Shown here one piece after another: positions 60,595 through 64,000 of a stretch of DNA of 64,000 nucleotides. The notes under the pieces were generated by a model. That model was not told the DNA's origin, ran no database searches, and worked only from the letters and a program-made list of their open reading frames with translations. The stretch spans positions 1,728,001 to 1,792,000 of the forward strand of contig CBDEFO010000008.1 of the NCBI GenBank assembly GCA_965237525.1, written 5' to 3'. Made by a program: the position numbers and the translations under genes. Source of the stretch: Candidatus Latescibacterota bacterium (GTDB taxonomy: Bacteria; Latescibacterota; CBDEFO01). The stretch's first letter is position 1, and every line of letters starts with the position of its first letter.

Positions 60595-61626
60595 TTATAT
60601 CTCCTCCAGAAGGTCGTCCACATTCACGACGCAGTTCCCCTCTATTGAACGATACGAGGCCTCGATGATCGCCACGGTCTTCAGATTATCCTCTGCCTCG
60701 CACAGAAAGGGCTTACCTTTGTCCAGTGCCTCAATGTAATGTCTCATACCGTTCCCTAACGCATCGGGCATCCAACTGCCCTTAATTTCGGGATATATCC
60801 TTGTGCCTTCTGACGTGGTTATGCATATCTCCTCAGATGTCCCCCATATACAGCCTCTATCGCCCTGGATGACGATCTCCTCGCGCGAATGTGGCCGGCG
60901 CCCATCTTTTCCCCTGAAGCACCAGTTGTTGATAACGACACACACAACGCCGTTCTTGAACTTAATATTTAGCACGCCTAAACTCTCAGCCAGAACCCCC
61001 TTCTGAGATGCGTCAGCGGCGGCCACAGCGTAGACAGTATCCGCATCTCCGAACCAATGTCTGACCAAGGCAAGGTGATGCACCGCCACGTCGCTTATGA
61101 TCCATCTTTTTCCCTTGGCGAACCAGTGATCCTTTGAGACATCTACCCAGGACCTGTTCTCTATCTGGCAGTAGTAGGGAGTTCCTATACAGCGCTCGTC
61201 CCGCACGTATGGTTTTATCGCCTGAAACCCCGGTACAAATACCGAATTCTGGTTCACCATCATCGGAGCGCCGTAGGACTTGGCTATATCCACTAACTCT
61301 TTGGCCTCGGAAAGATACGACATAAGAGGCTTCTGTATAAAGATCGCCCTGCCCTTTTTTGCCGCATATTCCACAATCGGTGCCCTGATCTCGAGCTTGT
61401 GGGGCACAGTTATGTCTACTATCCTCACGTCGTCTCTGTCTATTAACTCTCGAAAATCGGTGTAGAGGTCTTCGATCCCGAACTCTTCTTTTGCAACTTT
61501 GAAGCGCTCTTCGTCTATATCTGCGCCAGCCACTACTTTCAACCCATAAAGCCTGTAGCCTTCAAGGTGCCAGCGCGAGATACCTCCCAAGCCTACAACA
61601 CCGATGCCCCAACTTGATATGTCCAT
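60595..61626 (-). CDS. Gfo/Idh/MocA family oxidoreductase
   Basis: GVVGLGGI, DITVP, IFIQKP, D.AVH motifs. Confidence 0.87.
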   Translation of the reverse strand: MDISSWGIGVVGLGGISRWHLEGYRLYGLKVVAGADIDEERFKVAKEEFGIEDLYTDFRELIDRDDVRIVDITVPHKLEIRAPIVEYAAKKGRAIFIQKPLMSYLSEAKELVDIAKSYGAPMMVNQNSVFVPGFQAIKPYVRDERCIGTPYYCQIENRSWVDVSKDHWFAKGKRWIISDVAVHHLALVRHWFGDADTVYAVAAADASQKGVLAESLGVLNIKFKNGVVCVVINNWCFRGKDGRRPHSREEIVIQGDRGCIWGTSEEICITTSEGTRIYPEIKGSWMPDALGNGMRHYIEALDKGKPFLCEAEDNLKTVAIIEASYRSIEGNCVVNVDDLLEEI

Positions 61627-61793
61627 TTCTTCTTTTGCTCCTTCGAATGTGGGGGTGAACCCCAATGTGCTGGGTCAAACCACTTCGGCGTAGGTTGGCA
61701 CCTGACCTCAGCAAGGCGGCCCTGCACCCCTGTCTGACATGCCTAAATCGGGGCAGACGCACGGGTATCTCCCTGAAGATCTATCGTACGTCC

Positions 61794-63065
61794 CTAAAAT
61801 ACTCCTAAATTGCCATCAGAGTCAAACGCCATCTCCTTTGCGTCTGTTACCATCTGTAAGTCGTCCCTTCCTTCCATCTGATCCAGGTATGCCTCAGATG
61901 CGTCTACTTCTTTCAACATCAGCGTGTTCTTTACTCTCAGAACCTTAGCATCTTCTGGCTCGATCAGACCGATAGTCGAAAGTGCGGCGTCCAAGACCTC
62001 CCTGTCCGTATCCATGGCAATAGGAACACAGCCCGCCTTGGGATTTACCGCTGTTATGCAGTTTATGTATGTATCCTTGAACTTTATCTTGTCCGTCAAA
62101 CTGCGGGTCGTAAAATCTGCAAAGCCTATCCCTGAGGCGTTCCCCTTGGCTTCGTTTGTCAGCTCTCTTACAAATATCCTTGTAACTTTCGGTCCACCTA
62201 CGTCCTCCAGGGTTAGATTCATAGCCACGTGTTTTCTCCCAATAACGTTGGTGTCCATCCCTGTACCGCTTATGTTCTTTCCCATCTCATCCACGATCAA
62301 GAGATCGACTGGATCAAAGGGGAGTTTAGCAAGCCACTCTTTAGCTTGCTTCAGGAGGACCTTTTCTTCTTCCTCTATATTCTCCAGTTCGACAGCCCTA
62401 ATGACGGCGGTCTGATCGTAGCCATTTTCAAGCGTCGCCATCCCGCAGAGTATCGGGCAGTTTGAGAGCATAAATCTCCCCACAGTCCTTACGATCCTGT
62501 CGAAGGAGAAGTTTACGATCGCTCTATGATAGATCTTTGCTCCTGCGTGCTTCCCCATTCCGATCATCATCATCTTCATCATTCCGCTTTCTATATCACC
62601 CACGAAATCGGTGTGCGGCTTCACCCTGTTGGCGACGACGATGTGGTCGGCTTCCGACGCATATTTGTCCAGATAGATGGGTATGGATATATCCTCCTCC
62701 TCCACCGTCCCGACCTTAATCACCTCCATGGAAGATTTTAGGGGACACCCCATCGTCTCCTCTGAGATCCCGTAGCTCCTTAGGATCTCACTTTGTCCCT
62801 CTGCGGTCCCGCCTCCGTGGCTCCCCATAGCGGGGACGATGAACGGCTCTGCTCCTAAGGACTTAAAGACGTCCACCATAGTCCTTATGATTACGTCCAT
62901 ATTCGCAATTCCTCGACTTCCCGCAGTGATTGCCACGCTCTGCGCCCCTTTCACCTTTGCCCCCATGTTTATGGCCTCCATCTGATTCTTCACCTCTCCT
63001 GCCACATCCTTCACCACAGGAGCGTCAAACCTCTGATTCAATCTGAACATCCTCGGATAGCTCAT
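61794..63065 (-). CDS. LarA-like (lactate racemase N-terminal / DUF2088-type) protein
   Basis: VAITAGSRGI, PAMGSHGG, NRVKPHT, GKNISG.GMD.NV.GR motifs typical of this family. Confidence 0.78.
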   Translation of the reverse strand: MSYPRMFRLNQRFDAPVVKDVAGEVKNQMEAINMGAKVKGAQSVAITAGSRGIANMDVIIRTMVDVFKSLGAEPFIVPAMGSHGGGTAEGQSEILRSYGISEETMGCPLKSSMEVIKVGTVEEEDISIPIYLDKYASEADHIVVANRVKPHTDFVGDIESGMMKMMMIGMGKHAGAKIYHRAIVNFSFDRIVRTVGRFMLSNCPILCGMATLENGYDQTAVIRAVELENIEEEEKVLLKQAKEWLAKLPFDPVDLLIVDEMGKNISGTGMDTNVIGRKHVAMNLTLEDVGGPKVTRIFVRELTNEAKGNASGIGFADFTTRSLTDKIKFKDTYINCITAVNPKAGCVPIAMDTDREVLDAALSTIGLIEPEDAKVLRVKNTLMLKEVDASEAYLDQMEGRDDLQMVTDAKEMAFDSDGNLGVF

Positions 63066-63141
63066 GATTATCCTCCGGTTTCTTTTCCCCGAAAGTGCTT
63101 ACGCTACTTTTCGGGTGCCTAAATAAAATAGGCGTTGTAAT

Positions 63142-63906
63142 CTATCCTGCCGTCCAGCCTCCGTCCACGTAGATTATCTGACCTGTTATAAAATCTGACG
63201 CCTCCGACGCTAAAAACACAAATGCCCCTTTTAAATCCTCAGGGCTTCCCCATCTTTCCATCGGAACTCTTGACATGATGTACTCGTTCCTTTTTCTATC
63301 CTCCCTAATAGGCTTTGTCAGGTCGGTGGCGATAAATCCCGGCGCTATAGCGTTCACATTGATGTTGTATTTCGCCCATTCCACAGCCAAGGTCTTGGTC
63401 AAAATCACCTGGCCGCCCTTGCTGGATCCGTATGCCAGGGTGGTGCGAATTCCGATTGTGGACGTTAGGGACGCCGTATTTATGATCTTGCCCTTTTTCC
63501 TTTTGATCATCTCCCTTCCGGCAAGCTGACAGCATAGAAAGACCCCCTTTAGGTTCACGTCCAGCACCCTGTCCCACTCATCCTCCGGGAAGTCCTCAGC
63601 TGCGATTCGATAGGTTGTCCCCGCGTTGTTGACCAGAATATCTATCTTCCCGAACTGATCGAGGGTGGTCTCTATCAATCTCTCTATGTCCTCTTTTACT
63701 CCCATATCACCCGGAACCGCGACTACCTTTCTGCCCAGACTCCTTATCTGGTCGGCTGTACTTTCCAGTCTGTCTGTGTTCCGGCTATTCAGGGCTATAT
63801 CTGCTCCCGCCTCGGCCAGAGCCATCGCGGCTCCCCTGCCTATTCCCCGGCTCCCGCCCGTAACAACCCCGACTTTCCCCTCTAGGCTCATCTTGTCAAG
63901 TATCAT
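63142..63906 (-). CDS. Short-chain dehydrogenase (KduD / gluconate 5-dehydrogenase-like)
   Basis: TGGSRGIG, NNAG, YGSSKGG, NVNAIAPG, YVDGG motifs. Confidence 0.88.
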   Translation of the reverse strand: MILDKMSLEGKVGVVTGGSRGIGRGAAMALAEAGADIALNSRNTDRLESTADQIRSLGRKVVAVPGDMGVKEDIERLIETTLDQFGKIDILVNNAGTTYRIAAEDFPEDEWDRVLDVNLKGVFLCCQLAGREMIKRKKGKIINTASLTSTIGIRTTLAYGSSKGGQVILTKTLAVEWAKYNINVNAIAPGFIATDLTKPIREDRKRNEYIMSRVPMERWGSPEDLKGAFVFLASEASDFITGQIIYVDGGWTAG

Positions 63907-64000
63907 AAAGTATCCTCCGTCTTTGTCTACGTTGACGCTTATCTATATTCTCAAAGAGATCTCGGCCACCACCATCTGAAAATCCATCTTTTCAGAATCA

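Overview
A 64 kb stretch of a diderm bacterial chromosome. The PorV/FadL-like beta-barrel, many lipoproteins and TolC suggest an FCB-type or candidate-phylum organism, but that is inference only. Most of it is housekeeping or metabolic: an ECF sigma/anti-sigma/HtrA stress locus, rnr, an ArgR-regulated argR-C-B-D-G cluster, nuoI, rny, fused ahbAB, thiC, glcD, kamA, folE, iscA/NifU-like/iscS, a MacAB-TolC-type exporter with three adaptor genes, moeA, an MtaA/CmuA methyltransferase, purA, uxs, selA and sugar-acid genes. Accessory content includes two complete IS elements (an IS481-like rve/DDE element with a 6-bp target duplication, and an IS1182-family element), an AT-rich AbiJ-NTD4-type defence gene and several pseudogene remnants. 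The most striking unexplained signal is a layered set of tiny dispersed repeats. (A) A 21-bp palindrome CCCCGATTGAATCTATCGGGG occurs 8-9 times: in frame inside proteins (PPI[KEA]SIGG peptides), as the stop codon of one gene, and nested in other REPs. (B) GTCATTGCGA...GAAGCAATCTC REP pairs. (C) (AGTAGAC)n-GGGCACC elements at gene 3' ends that donate 'SRQ-stop' and were hit by the IS481-like element. (D) GTGGG[AT]CAGACATTCCT REPs. Other candidates are a ~270-nt structured RNA upstream of folE, a terminator right after the purA promoter, and a strongly C-depleted outer-membrane gene. No rRNA, tRNA or CRISPR array was seen.
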